Source: Lama glama (Eukaryota). Taken from it: a stretch of DNA of 64,000 bases. Positions 26,925-46,600 of this stretch are shown here, one piece after another. The notes below the pieces were generated by a model. That model was not told the origin of the DNA and did no database searches. It saw only the letters and a list, made by a program, of their open reading frames with translations. Within the stretch, counting starts at the first letter, position 1; the number at the start of each line of letters is the position of its first letter. The translations under genes were made by a program, and so were the position numbers. Where the stretch lies: NCBI GenBank assembly GCA_028534125.1, contig CM052817.1:64978001-65042000 (forward strand), read 5' to 3'.

Positions 26925-29900
26925 ATGCTTGGTTTCTTTGCATTTATGTTTACTGGAAAAACAACAACAACAACACAACAATTTTTTTTCCAAAAGAGTC
27001 AAAATAAAAGACCATTACACAAGATTGCACAATCAGTTACAAATGCTGGCAATTAAAGTAAGTAGGCTAGTCTCACAGAGTCCTTGTCTACGTAGTTTTC
27101 TCCACGTGCGAGACACCGATGAAGTGACCCTCAGAGCTGTCGGGCTGGGTTCACAGCACTGTCGGCCGTGCTCACTGCATTCCACAAGTGAATCACATCA
27201 GGCCTCAGGTAGGAACTCCTCCACCAAGATTTCTACCTTGAGAGCAGTTTAAGTTTTCACATTCTTTCCATTTACCCCTGGCTTTTTTCATAGTCAGGGG
27301 TATAATTCAGCATTATCCAATGTCTTTCTCCATTTACCACACAATTGACTCTCCTGTTTGGGACATAACTTCCTCAGTCTTCACATTCTTTTCAACCACC
27401 ACTGTCTTTACTGTACAATAAGATGATTTCAGTGTAGATAAAGAAACCTACATCTTTAAAGGGGGAGAAAAAGACTACCTGCTAGAAAAAGGACACAGGT
27501 ATGACAAGCAATTTCAGGGAGCCCTGGAAAGGACTTTTTGCCATTAACACTAGCTTATAAAAAGCAATTATGAAACTTAAAAAAAGAAATCAAATTAGAT
27601 GTGTTGTGTGTGTGTTTTATTCTGCACCATTATGAATCAAATTGGAATACATCTAATAATATGCTCTAGTTTGCAACATGAGACAAGAATGTTAACAGCT
27701 TACAAATACTGCTGTGAACGTTAAGTTTTCTTCTGAGACATGGGGCATACAAATGAGTCAAATTTTCAGAATCCTCCCCTGGGTCTTGTAATCACACATG
27801 CCATAGATGGACATGTTTTTGTTATTTTTTTTTTCCCTAGAAGACCAGAGTCTGCAATTCTGATTAGATTCAAGCTCAAGGTACAATTTAGCAAATGCTA
27901 CATGCTTTATTAATGATTTTATGCACCTGTGAGGTCTACTTAGGACCCAGAAGTTAGTTAAGAATATATAAACAGTCTCCTGAAAATATATATCATATCT
28001 ATATGTATATTTCTTTAGGAATTATGTGTAAAAGCCTAACATATTTTGTGAATTTGATTTTTATAAGTAGTTTTCTAAAACAAACCTACACATAATTTTC
28101 CCTCTCAACAGTACTGATAAAATACAGGGCACCTTTTTCTTTCAAGTATTTGGGTAAAATAGCATACCCTGAGAATTTGGGGTGCAAACCTACACCTTGT
28201 AAACTGTAGAATGAAACTCTTCAAGCACCACATAGGAAAATGTATACTGTGATAGTTTTAAAACACAGAGACTATTATTGAATGTGTTTTCTCATGTATA
28301 TATATATATATATATATATATTTATCATGAGATTATAGTCAATCTACTTAAGAATCAATACTGTCCTGCAGTCCAAAGTATTATTTCAGGTAGCATGAGC
28401 ATTCAGTTTGTAGCAAACACAGACTTTCATTTCTATGAAATATGAAAATAATTAAAATGCGTTAGATCTCTTTAAGAGGCAAGAATGATGAAATCAAATC
28501 TGAAATTAAGAAAAAGCAACTTACATCACTAGATATTTCCTAGTGATGTAAGGATGAATTTGAAATGTGTGTTAGCATTTAAGATTTACCATAAAGATGT
28601 CAAAGTGTAATTTGTGTTAGCTTATCTACTCAATATAGCTAGAGTGCTGTATACAGACAGACATCCAGAGACACAGACAGACATCCAGAGAGCCTATGGG
28701 TTAAGTCTCTAACTGCGTATCTGGGCTTCATTTAATCCTGAGGGCAATTTCAGTGAGTGCTTTTTAAGAAAATACATTCTGGTGAATTAAATTTTTATAC
28801 TGGTTACAAATGGGTTTGGTTTTCCAGAAACAGTTCAAATGGAGCATGTTTCAACCTGACCATTTAACCAACATGGAAAAAAGAGGAAACGGGCTGAGAT
28901 TTCTACCCACAGTGCCCTGCGGTTCATCTGGAAAACTGAGTCACCCATGTAACCCCGACAGGAAAAGGCAAAAGCCTGGCTCTGCAATTCTGATTAGATT
29001 TACGCTCCAGGCACTGTTCAGGAAATGCTACCTGCCTTATTAATGGTTTTGTGGGCATGAAACATAAGAGGGTAGCTCAGCAGCTAAAGGCACATTGCTA
29101 GGGTAATAGTTTTACTAGTTGGAGGGCTTCCTAGACTCTTGATTTAGTCCACTTGACTTTGGTTAAACAAGGAAGGGCACAACGACTTCATACAAATATC
29201 AATGCAACCGCTCAAGAAATAATAAAACAATGAAAATGAGAATTTCGATTTACCTCATGTCTTTAAAAATGTTCTTCCCAATCATTTGAGGTAGGAAATG
29301 GCCTGGCAGCTTTGGTTTGGCTTTATATGGTTTGATGAAATAGAGAACCATAAAATTATCAGCAGGTAATATAGTGCTCACAGACTTACTGTAAAGTTAC
29401 ATTTTTAACCATCTGGACATTTACTACATCCGTAGTAGCTTCTCAGAGGATGTGGCCTCTCTGATAGAACTGGCAAATGAGAAGTTCTCCTTTCTTTCCT
29501 TAGTTCTAGTTTACCTCAATGTGAGAATAAGGCTCAGATCTGCCGGTGATTCTAATGATAAGTAGCTTCCAGGGTCCCTGGACCCTTGGTAGGTAAGAAC
29601 TCTACCATGTGTTCTAGGAAAGGAGATGTCTCTCTTTACGAAGACCTGACAAGTAGTTGACAATTCAACATGACTGCTGGGTTCTCCTAAAGTCACACAT
29701 AGTTTTTAAGCAATCTTATCAATTTTAGTTTTATCTACCCAAATCCTATATAAGTTTCACCAGATGTGTTCAAATATTTGAGATCTCATGGTGCCACTGT
29801 GAGTATTGTAGGTTTGAGATCTTTGATTGAATCTACTTTCTTGTTTCAACACTGGGTGATTTCATACCTAGCCAATCTCTACTGAACATGAGGAAGGGCC

Positions 29901-31701
29901 GATGCTGTCAGAGAAGTTTCCCCGTGGTGGGAAATTAAGTAAGCTCTGGGGTGAATCTGTTTGTGTACTTGGGTAAGAAGACCTCTGTGACAAAGGAGTC
30001 ACACCTTCCCCAATATGGTGCAAGGGCATCTTTTCCAAACACAGAGACTATTTCAGACTTTATGTTCCACATCTCACAGAGGCTATCCACTTCATTTCAT
30101 AGTTCATCAGCCCAACAATTGATTGAATTGTGGCCAGAGCTGACTGTTTCTGCCTCAAACTCTGCCTTTTACCCAACAGAACTTCTTTTTAGAGTAAGGA
30201 CTCTTTAAGGAAGGCCCTGAATGTGAAATTGAGTTTTCGTTTTTTTAAGAGTCTGCAATGGAGAGCTTAACTACAAAGTAATCAGGTTACATAAATCATA
30301 CAAAAATCAGACTCAGTTTTTACTCATACCTCAGTCATGAATAATCTAAAATACTGTGGCTTCAAGAAGCAATTTTAAGCAGAAACCAATATTGATGACC
30401 ATTAAAATCAAAATAAAGCTTAAAAAAATGATCATAATGCTTTATCTTTGAACAAATAAATAAATAAGAGGAGATTCCTTAAAGAATGCCTGGGAGAATC
30501 TTCAAGTTATTCTTTCAAAAAGTAAGAAATAATTCAATGTAACATTTGTTGAATATATATAGACTCACTTATTAATCATGACAAGCTAAATATTTATCTA
30601 TTCAGTCAACTCTTTAAAACTCACGGTGAACACTCACTAAAAGAACCTTCAGAATTAGGCTACCCCTGAGGCAGTATTGAATGTCGATGAAAGATTCTAT
30701 GACTTGGATTCTCAACATCTCTTAAAACCATAAGGAGCAAGTGATACAATCCTGGGTCATTGCTATCGGTATGGCTATGGCTGGAGAGACTCAGAGCCAC
30801 CGAATCAAAGCTTACATCCCACTCCACTGCCCCAAATGGGTCACTCTTCAGACTCCAAACAATCCGTGAGAGACAGGCATATGCAACTATGGCGGGAATC
30901 ATTGAAGAAGAAAAATAATGCTATACACTCACAACAAAGGTTGGATTCCTATAGGGAAATAGGTATTTTATGCCTTTCCGAGACTAAGAATTTAATCATT
31001 TTAAATGCAACCACTGGCTCTCCTGTATTTCAAGCCGTTCTATCTTAAGGCAACAAATAGTCTCATGGCATTGTACAAATGGGAACGTTAAAACAAGGCA
31101 CAAAAGTTAAAACCACTGTTTTTCACAATCACATTTGAAATCATGCTGAACCCAAGAAAAGAACATACAAAACACAACCAAGAGAATGACCAGGCGTGGA
31201 TGGTATAGTATTCAAAATGCAGACCCATCATCTTTAAATCCAAACAAGTGCTACAACTCTGCCTGCTAGTCCCGCTCTACTCCAAGAATCTGTAAGAAGA
31301 TGTGTGATCCAAATGACTGATTTGCTGGTTTGGTTTACAGCAGAACCAGTCCTATTCTGTTGTATGTTTTGACTGAACTATGAGAACACTTGAGAGATTG
31401 TTTGCCTATCACAAATGCAGGAGGGAAAAGATGACCAGAAGGCTTATATCCTGTATTAAAGTATAAAAAGAAATAGTTTTACACAGAAAAAAAAATTCAA
31501 TCAATCAGCTTAGTAAAACTAAAATAACACAAACTGTCTTAACAGGGTTATTCAGAAAAATATAGAAACTTACACACTTGGTTTATAAGAAGCAAAAACT
31601 AAGAATAACACATGTAGAGGAAGTTTTTCAGATGAATTCTTTGTGCTGTTATAATGCAACCTTCAGATACAGGAAGAATTGTCCATCTTTCTGTCTTGCT
31701 C
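26925..31701 (-). other. C4orf54: Predicted terminal 3'UTR exon of C4orf54
   Basis: Minus-strand acceptor tcttttctttgattatgtttgtttatag|GAGCAAG at 31702/31701. The ~4.8 kb AT-rich segment has no transposons I could recognise. Variant PAS AGTAAA/CATAAA at 26943-26954 with a T-rich downstream tract. Boundaries are inferred. Confidence 0.45.
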
Positions 31702-34700
31702 CTATAAACAAACATAATCAAAGAAAAGATTGTTATTTCTAAAAGTAAATCTCGCTCTTAAAGAAGCAAGAAAAATGTGCAAATACATTTTATTTACCTA
31801 TTTAGTTATTTTCCATGTTAATAATGATGAAGTTCACATTTTAAAATGCATTTGGTAAATGTGTTTCTCAACCTACTGGACATCATACTGCCTTCAAAAA
31901 ATTGCTCTCTTTGAAACATGAATTCAATGCAGTCAACCATTCAAAAATGATTTTAGAGTTAAAGATTTAGTTTCACTGAAATCATCCATAACAGATAAAA
32001 TAGTATAACATGTAATATAATGCAGAAATATTTAAACTAAATTGAAACATTTGAAATTTACTGTAAGTTATTAATCTTGTTAAATGAATGAACTCTATCC
32101 TGAGAATCCTTGTAAAATGAATGATCACTGTCTAAATTATGTGGAATTTCATACTGTGCATTTTGTTTAAAATGAGATATACTGGTTAGAGCCTATAATT
32201 TAGTTAGATCCATTCGAAGACAAGCATTCACATGTTCAAAAGCTTACTGAAAATTAGCCCTTTCTTTCTATTAATCGCTCTCTAAGTATAGTTTATCTAT
32301 CAGGATTTTGCCTAAAGAACTTTTAAAATTAACATTTGGGAGTTGGTATTTGGACTTAATATCATGGAGACAGAAATAGAGTGACCTACAGGTAATATTT
32401 GTTAAGGATTAAGAGGGCTCTATCATGTGAAAAATAACCTCCAAGAAGTTTCAAATAACAGCTATCTAATCAATTATATGCAATCAGAGTCATGTGGCAA
32501 AGGCTATTTTAATCCTGCCATCTAGAAACTGGCCTGTGTTAAACACATGCTTAAGAAAAAAGAAGTCTATAAGTCTCATTATGGATTTATAGCTCATATA
32601 TATATATATATATATATGTATACACTTCAAATTTGTTGATTTTACTCTTTTGTATTTTATATCAAGAAATGACTTTCAAGACTAAAGGGACTGTTGTGGG
32701 TTTGGAAACTTCTCATTTGCTAAACTTAAGTTTTTCTACCTTATGAGACACAGAGCAGCAACAGGAAAAGAAAATATAACTGCAAGCGGAGGAGAAGACA
32801 ATATATGGCCAAGAAGAATAATTTCAGTGATGATCCAAGGATCTAACCACAACTCAGGCTGAGTCCCATCATGAAGCAAGGTTTGCAAAGACTCCTTTAG
32901 CAGAGGCAGCACAGAGAGAGGGGAGAAAGAGAGGGGGAGACGGGGAACACTACAGGATGGGGGAGCAGTCTGAGATTCAGAGGAGAAATCTACTTCTATA
33001 AACCGCTGGCCCCTTTTTAAGGGCCCATAGTCTAGATATGGCCTTTTCGTTCATTCACAAGATATTGCTTCAGCTTATATTCACTTCAGAGGAATTTTGT
33101 TTGAAATCTTGAAAGTAATGCAGTTGCTCCAATTCCTCTTAAGAATAAAATAATAAAAACAGCCAATTTAACCTTTCAGAGGGTCATGAAGAAGTCTGTG
33201 AAGACGAGACAGTGACCACACTGTGGCATCAGGCAGTTTGGCTTGGATGGTGTCCCACGATTTTAGGACCAGAACACATGACAGAGTTCAGCGGGGATGC
33301 TGGGTCAGATTTTCCCTTGCTTCACACAGGCCTGCGCCCAGACAGAGAGGAAAATCATGACATGCAGCTGGCAAACTGTACCCAGAGCTGTATAATGTGC
33401 TGGAAAGCTGTAGGGGATACTAGAGTCCCCTGGCCACAGCCAACTGGCCTGTCCCAAGGGATCAGGCAGCGCCAAGGGGACTACAGAGCTGTGGGCATGG
33501 CCTGGTTTGGGGAAATATCAAGCGGTCTTGCGTATGAGCCCCTGGTGTTGCCCTGAGTGTCTGCATGAATAAGAGCTGACTTTCTGCCCTGGGGGAGGCC
33601 CCTAAGAGAACAGGGGCTTGTGAGGCATTTATAAGGTTCTAGTCTCCAAGGGAGATTGAACTCTTAGTCCATGCCGTGGACTGTGTGATATGTCTTTTGC
33701 AGTGATTTTACAATTCAATTTTCACAACACTCCTGCAAAGTATCCCCATTTTACAGTTGAGGAAACTGAGGTCTAGAAAGGGCAGGTCACTTGCCCAGAG
33801 GAGTAAGATTTTGAGCTGAGGCTGCCTGACTCCAAGGTGCACGTATCTGGACTTTGGGCAAAGCTACTCAGCTCCCCTTCGACTGCAATGCATGAACCCA
33901 TTGGCATCCAGTGGGGAGATCCCACTCTCAGGTGACATCCCACCACCCGTCTACCCCCTCCCCCTGCAACACACACACAGACTGGGAGCCACAGCCCCTA
34001 GAAGTGAGGAAACTTTCTCTTTGGGGCATACGATGTTTTAATGACTAAGGAGAGCTAACTTTTTAATCAAAAGAAAAACACACATAGAAGCTTAGTATAT
34101 ACTAGACCACCAGATCCAGGGTCAGTGTCTTAATCTTTTTCCAAATAAGGGAACAGTGACAATTCACAACAAGGAACCAAGACGAGGAGGGCAGAGAGGG
34201 AGAAAGTGTGCAAACCAGGGGTCATCTCAGAGCACGGGCCACCGAACTTGAAGGGCCTGTATTTCAGTTGATCTATTGATCTGGGACAAGTTCTTTTTTC
34301 ATTTGTCAATTAAGGATAAGAATAGTACCCAGTGGTTTAAAGGATCAGGTAGCATGATGTTAAATCTTCATAAGTAATAAATGATATTAAATCTTCTAAA
34401 TAATAATAAATGATTAATACACATTAGCTATTACTTTTCATTTTTTATTAATTTTATAGAGGGTCAAGAAGAAAATATACAGGCAATAAAATTGTGGAGA
34501 AAGGCACAAAATAATAAAAGTGGGGAAAGCTGCAATCCAAGAAAAGAGAAACAGAGAAAAGAAACGATGAAAAAGACATGAGGAAGATAATAAAATAAAA
34601 CAGTGGCTCTATATAATAATTGGGAGAGGAAGCCACAATCAAGTTAGGGGAAAAAATTAGAAATAAATGAATTGCTTCAGAAACGTAATACAATGTGAGC

Positions 34701-37700
34701 TGAAAAGGAAATGTGGAGCTTGCAGCCTGCAGCCCCACGGCCTGGCCTCAGGCACAGGTGGGGAGAACGTGCAGGTGAGGGAGCCACAGTCCCCCCCACC
34801 CCCAGCCCACCCTTGTGGCTGTCCAGCCTGTGATAACAGCAAAGCTCAAGCAAAAAGGGAGGAGAAGAGAACAAGCAAGGTGGGGCGCTGAACTACATCA
34901 ACAGTCAAGTGAATGGGAAGGAGAAGCCACAATAGGGAATTTAAAATAAAAAACACAAAACAGAGAACAGAAAATAAATTCTCAAATAAATGGCAAGAGA
35001 AGAAAGAAGGAGACGTAAGCTCATGGGCCCGATTCCAGGAAGGAGGACCACCAAAGGAGAGCGGTCCTGGCAGGACAAAGAGAAAGGGACTGGGCAGCTG
35101 TAAGAAGGAAGCAAATAGAAAGTAGACTCCGGTCTGGCGATAATTCAGATTTTGATCCCAACTCTGCCCCAAAGGGACACTGTGACTTAAGAGGGGTCAC
35201 TTAACCTCTCTGAGCCTCAGTTTCCTTCTGCAATTTTAACATCGTGGGACATGGTTTGATAATCTAAGGATCCTTTGAGGCCCCCTTAGAAAACTCTACA
35301 AAAACAGTTCACCCTGAATCCAGCCCCGTTTCTCTTTCTCCTTCAGATGTGTGGGGTTATGCTTAAGGGGTAGAAATAACTCTGAGGAAGTAGGGAGGAA
35401 AGAAGGACTAACAATGTAGAAACGGCATAAAGCACACTCAGAAAAGGAGAAGAAAATGGGTTAAGTTTTACTGAAAAAAACCACATTCAAACAAAACAAA
35501 ATAATTGCAATACCCACCGGGTAGCAGGCATGGTGCCAGTGAAAGTCTTCTGCTGCTATTATTACATATTTATCTTTATGCCTTTGTAAATGGTATTTAG
35601 TAGCAAGTTTCAAATAAAATTTTAAAATAAATATGGCATCTAAGTGGGTGGGCAGGAGGAAGCAGGAGAGGGAACAAGTCAGCTACCTGCCCTGGGCAGC
35701 AGAAAGCCCAAACCAAAACCATCTCACCAGGAAGGGCATCAAAGATCCCGGGGAGAAGCGACTTTCAAAACAAAAATCAACAAACAACAAAGGCCTAAAA
35801 CACAAAAGGCCTAACAAAAAAAAGAGGAAATAGAGAAGTTTAGACTGGTGAGCCTGGCATACTGGTGTGTGCCAGACGGGTTCCTGTTGTGACTCTCTAG
35901 CCACTGGGCCACTGGCTGTCAACAGCCTTGTCCATTCCTCATAATGTGTGATGTCCTTACTAAAGAAAAAAGAACATAAATAATATTCTAATTATCTTCT
36001 GAGGGGGGTTGTGACCTGGCAAAGTTTGAGGAGGACTGCAGCTTTGACCACAGGCAGAAAAGAAGTGGGAAAGACTCAGCTACAGAAGCAGAACTAGAGG
36101 GAGACTCATAACGGAATACTCAGAGCGCAGCAGCGGCTGGCTGTGCTTGGATCTGTATGGAGGAGAAAGCAGGGCTCCCTGTTACAATGTACAGCTAAAA
36201 ATAGATGATGAAATGCTTATTATTGGAGCTGGAAGGATTCTTAAAGGTTAACGCAGGCCTTGAACACTGGCTTTGGGGTTCTGTGTGTCCAGGTCTGTGT
36301 CCTCCAGCTGGAGTGTAGGCTCCGGACCTGTGGGATGGTACCAGGTCACATGTGGGCTTATAGCCTCACCGCAGAGTAGTACACCATGACTGGCAGACAG
36401 TAAACACGTAATTTGTAGAATGAATGAGGGAATTACTGCATTTCAGACATTCATTTACAAATGTTCGGAGAGGCACAGCAGATCCAGGTGTTCTGGCTGC
36501 CAGGTCAGAGCTCATTCCACTCGTCTGCCATCCTCCGTTTGCTCCCTGTCTCCTACCAAGGAACAAGCAGCGGCCCGCAGGGCACAAGGCCTGGTCCAGG
36601 AGCTGGGAGCCAGCCCCACGGGGCCTGCCTGGCTCTCTCACTGCCTGGGGACCTCAGCAAAACCATCTCCTTCTAAGCCCCAGTCTTCTCTGTGAAATGC
36701 TGTGCTTGGATCAAATCATTTATGTGACTGCTTAGTTGAAAAGGGCACATGAAACCCTATTTACCTTAAGGAGAAACTCTGAAATAAGCCTAGTATTCAA
36801 AAGAAGTCTTAAACTGAAACCAGCTTCCAAGACTTGTCACTCTGATCATCTGCATGAATACCCACTGATGAATGAGTGTGTACAATGTAATTTTTGATGA
36901 ATCCGAACACTGTTGGAATTTTTTTCCACATAAGGAAAAGTACTATACACGTCTTTTTTATGTATCTGGCTTTTCTTTGGAAGGTGGCACAGAACTTGCA
37001 GGGAGATTTGAGCTATTATCTGAATTTGGGTCATTGGATTTTTGCCTGTATGCAAAAAGCTACTAATTAGTTCCTGACCAGTCAAATCAGGAAGCCAGCT
37101 TTTGCCTTTCTGTCTGTCTTGAGGGCTATGGACTAAAATAAAGGCTGAAGAAGGGAAAAGCTTTCAGAGAGATCATTGTTCAAATCTCCCATATGAAAAA
37201 CTCTGATTTGTATCTGTGTCTGATACAACTCCAGGGCTAATCTCTCCAGGCTCAGCAGACAGGAGCAAGGCCAAAGGCAGCTGCCAAGGGGACACGATGT
37301 GAATGTGTGCCCGGTTCCTCCCTCCTCTGAGCCCTGTCCTCCCTTCCCCTTGCTCTGCACCTCCACAGCTCACAGAAAGGCCTTGGAGGATTAGCTGCTC
37401 CAAAATAGCCTTAGGTAAACACCCTACCTGTCCAGAAGATGAAGACGCTTTTGTGCAGAGGCTACACTTTTCCTTCTGCAAAACTGATTCTTTAATTCTG
37501 AGCCTCTTCCACATGCATTTAAAAAAATTTTTCTAACTGAACATTATTTATCTTTAATCCTCCCCTGCCCTCTTTATCTGTGATTCACACAGTGCTTGTT
37601 GCAAATTCTTGGAAAGGAAGAATTCCAATCATCTACTTCTAGACTGTAAGTAAAATGAGACTTACGCTTTCACCTGATTGTTCTGAGAAAGACCCAAGGA

Positions 37701-39135
37701 TTTCTGAACAGTGGCCGAATGTTGTCCTGCAGTCCAGTAAATACGATGCAGAGTAACAATCCCTTAATTTTGCAATACACTGTTATCTGGCGTTCAGATA
37801 AATTTTACGTAGATATTATTGACCCATGAGTGTCATGCATGCCCAAGAACACAGCTGGTGAGAAATCGCTGTGACTCTAATCTAATGATTCTGCATCCTA
37901 ATTTTAGACTCTTTCACTGCACAAAGAAATGATGTTCCTCTACTGCTTTTCAGCTCAGACAGGGGAGGAACGGTTTCTTTCTTTCCTGTAGGCAAAGATT
38001 TTCTCTCCCCATTATCGCCGTTCCTATGATCTTGCCAAGGAGTGAAAGCCCCAGGGCATTAATGATGTCCTCCCTGCTCTGAGGAGGACAGGGGAATGAG
38101 GGCGCAAATTTGTCCCCACAGTGCTGGCAGCTTTTTGCTGTATCAGAAGGTGGCTTCTGTCTTATGTGTTTGACCTGAAGTGTCTGGTTCAGGGAAAGCC
38201 AAGCTCACCTTTTCTGCCAAGTTTCACAGACTGTGTGGTTACAGCAAGGATTCCTGTCTGAATTTGGATTAACTCGGTAGGTGTCAGGAAACTACTCTAT
38301 CTGATTCCCTTTAGAGGGAGCAAGGGGAATTTGATTCTTTCCAAAGGGAGAGAATGCAGATATGAAAAGGAGCCCCTGTAGGATTCACAGTAGAGCACAG
38401 TGGATTCGTCTGAACAGACTAGATCAAACACAGCATCTCTATCCAAGGAGCCACCAAAGCTCTGGAATTTTCCCCCCTTGTAGTGGTCATGCTGTGTGTG
38501 TGTGTGTGTGTGTGTGGTACCTTAAAGACCCTGGCCTCGCCTAAGAAAAAAGTATTCTGATTGTCTGAAAACAAAAACAGGAGCTTAAAAATACAGTCTC
38601 TTTGTATAAGAATCTTTAAGAGGAAGATGTGGTGGAGGGAAAGAAGCCTTTCTGCAGATTTGAGAGCAACCTCCTAACAAGAACACATCAGTCTTTGACT
38701 CCCCCTGCCCTGAGGAGCAGCCTGATTGACGGTGTTCCCGTGGATGCACGTGCCTCTGTCACTGCGGCAGCCAGGAATAGAGCGAAGCTCACTCCACAAA
38801 ATCCAGACCGGGTTTTCATTTCTTCCCCCTGCCAGTCTTCACCCAAGGCTAACCTGACAGATCCAAGGTTCACATCCCTCCTACTCACTGTGGGAAAAAC
38901 ACTCAGGCAATTTGGAAAGGTCAAAGGGGAGAGGCCAGCCACTGGACTGAGGAGTGTGGAGAGAAGGAAGCTTGGCTAGAAAATCAGCTCCTTAATAATT
39001 TGGATGGGGTTTTGCTTTATTCTTCCGAAATGCCCACTTCTAAAAACAGCCTCCTGGGCTGTAAATCTGCCACTTCAAACACAATGAAACAGAATTGCCT
39101 TTAATCCCTTAAACCCGATTATTGAAGTGACATTC

Positions 39136-39175
39136 ACTCACCAGCTGCTCCGTTGTGGTTTCTGGTGACCTCTCC
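39136..39175 (-). other. C4orf54: 34-nt 3'UTR segment and splice donor CTG|GTGAGT after the C4orf54 stop (intron starts at 39141)
   Basis: Minus strand reads TGA-ggagaggtcaccagaaaccacaacggagcagctg|gtgagtgaat. Confidence 0.7.
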
Positions 39176-44640
<5,465 letters not shown>

Positions 44641-46420
44641 TTCCAGAAATATTTTTAGTGTCTATTCCCTAGTCATACTGAAACCACACTTAAGGGTAGA
44701 GAGAAGAGGCTCTGAGATGAAGAGAGAATGTTGGGGGGTGGAGGAGGCACGTGGGTTCTAATTGAAGTCAACCAAATGTCCTATGTAATCTATTACAATG
44801 ATGTCTAGCAAGTATGAAATTATTCTTTACTCACTGCCATCTTTTACATGATTAAATGTTTTTTCCCCCTTGTTCTTAAATAAAATCCAAATTCAGGATT
44901 GCATTTCAAATCAATTAAGGACACTCCAGAAGGACTTCAAAATCTCCCTTGGACATATGGTAGCTTTATGTTTGTCTCAAAATCTATACATTTTCTTTCT
45001 CTTTCATCTCAAATCAGTTGAGTTCTGGTAATACAACTTTTCATAGAGTAAAATACACTAGCCCTCCTCCCCCAAAGTTCCACTTTATGAAACATAATCT
45101 GTTTAAAAACAGGAAGTATTCCTTCTAGAATCCTTACTGTGTTGACTTGAAGTATAAAAGAGCAATTTTCAAAGACTTAAAACTCAACACTTTAAATAAA
45201 CTTTTTAATTATAGTCACTAAAAAAGGAGCACATGAGTCAAAACTGACACAAATTCAAATCCCTACAATCTCAAAAAAGTTCCCTAAACTTATAAAACCA
45301 TGGCAAGACAATAAACCTGCAATTAAATATAGCCTGATCTGCAGCCTGACGACTCGGTTACACTGGCTGCATTCCAGACCTGCAGGGCACCGAGTCAAAA
45401 GGCACGAAAGAACAACGAATACACTTACCCTTTATGAGTACAGTGCGGCTTGGAGGGAGGTTCAGAGAGGAAATGTGAGCCACTGGCATGTCCCATGGAA
45501 ACGAAGCCAAGGTCCCAGCTCACTGGCTCTGAGGTCCCTCCATTTTAGACATTTCGGTAGTTGTGCAAGTGAACTTGCCAGGCAACCCAAGATGGGGGTT
45601 CTGTGCTGGCCATCCTCAGGGCAGATCCCTTGGGCGCTATCAGCGGAGAACCACGACTCTTGGTTGGGTGAGATCTGGCCCTCATCACCTGCCAGGCCCA
45701 GTTCCACCACTATACATAGTTTATGTGTCACTTATGCCGATTGAATAAAGCACTATTTTAAACATCCACATTTGTGGGGAACAAAAATAACACCATCAAC
45801 CATCTCCTTCCAACATGAGTACCGCCCCCACACAGAAAAATGCTCCTTCCTCTGGGTGGGCGTGGGGGGTGGTATGGAGTGGGAGCCCCTAGCAACCGAA
45901 GCATCGCCTTCTCATCCTTGGGATGTGGACAGCACGGCCCTGCCCTTCTTCCCAGGACAACTCCTGCCCACATCACTGCCATTAAAAACACGACAAAGGG
46001 AAGGCTGGAAATATCAAGTATCACAATGTGGATATAAAGCCAGAGCTCTAAATGAAGAGATTAAAAGAGAAAAGGAAATAGAAAGAAACAGAGAAGGGGA
46101 GAGAGGAAGAAAATGAAAGAACAAGAAGGAGAGAGAGAGATAATTTGCTGAATTTGCAATCAACTTTTTGATTATGGAGAACCGTGTGAAATGGCACAAA
46201 ATCCTGGATTCTTAGTGATAATAGAAATTTACAAATCATAGTAATTACAACCAAGAGTTCTCTAGGGCTTACTATGTGCGAGGCACTATCTGAAGCACTT
46301 TTAAATGTGTCTATATTAATGTATTTAATTTTCATAACAAGTTGATGAGTTAGGTACAATTATTGTAGTGGTTTTCTAGATAGGAAGGCTGAAGCACGGA
46401 GATGTGAAGAAGTTATGGAG

Positions 46421-46600
46421 GCGGGAGGGTATAACTCAGTGGTAGAGTGTGTGCTTAGCACGAACGAGGTCCTGGGTCTTGGGTCCAATCCCCAGTACCT
46501 CCATTAAATAAATAAACAAACAAACAAACCTAATTACCTGCACCCCCCCCCCAAAAATCCAGCAAAACAAAACAAACCAATTTAAAATTAAATTAAAAAA
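46421..46600 (+). mobile_element. tRNA-derived SINE (Vic-1-like) with perfect 14-bp TSD, inserted in a MIR
   Basis: AAGAAGTTATGGAG at 46407-46420 and 46601-46614; A/B boxes; aaacctaattacc tail. Confidence 0.9.
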
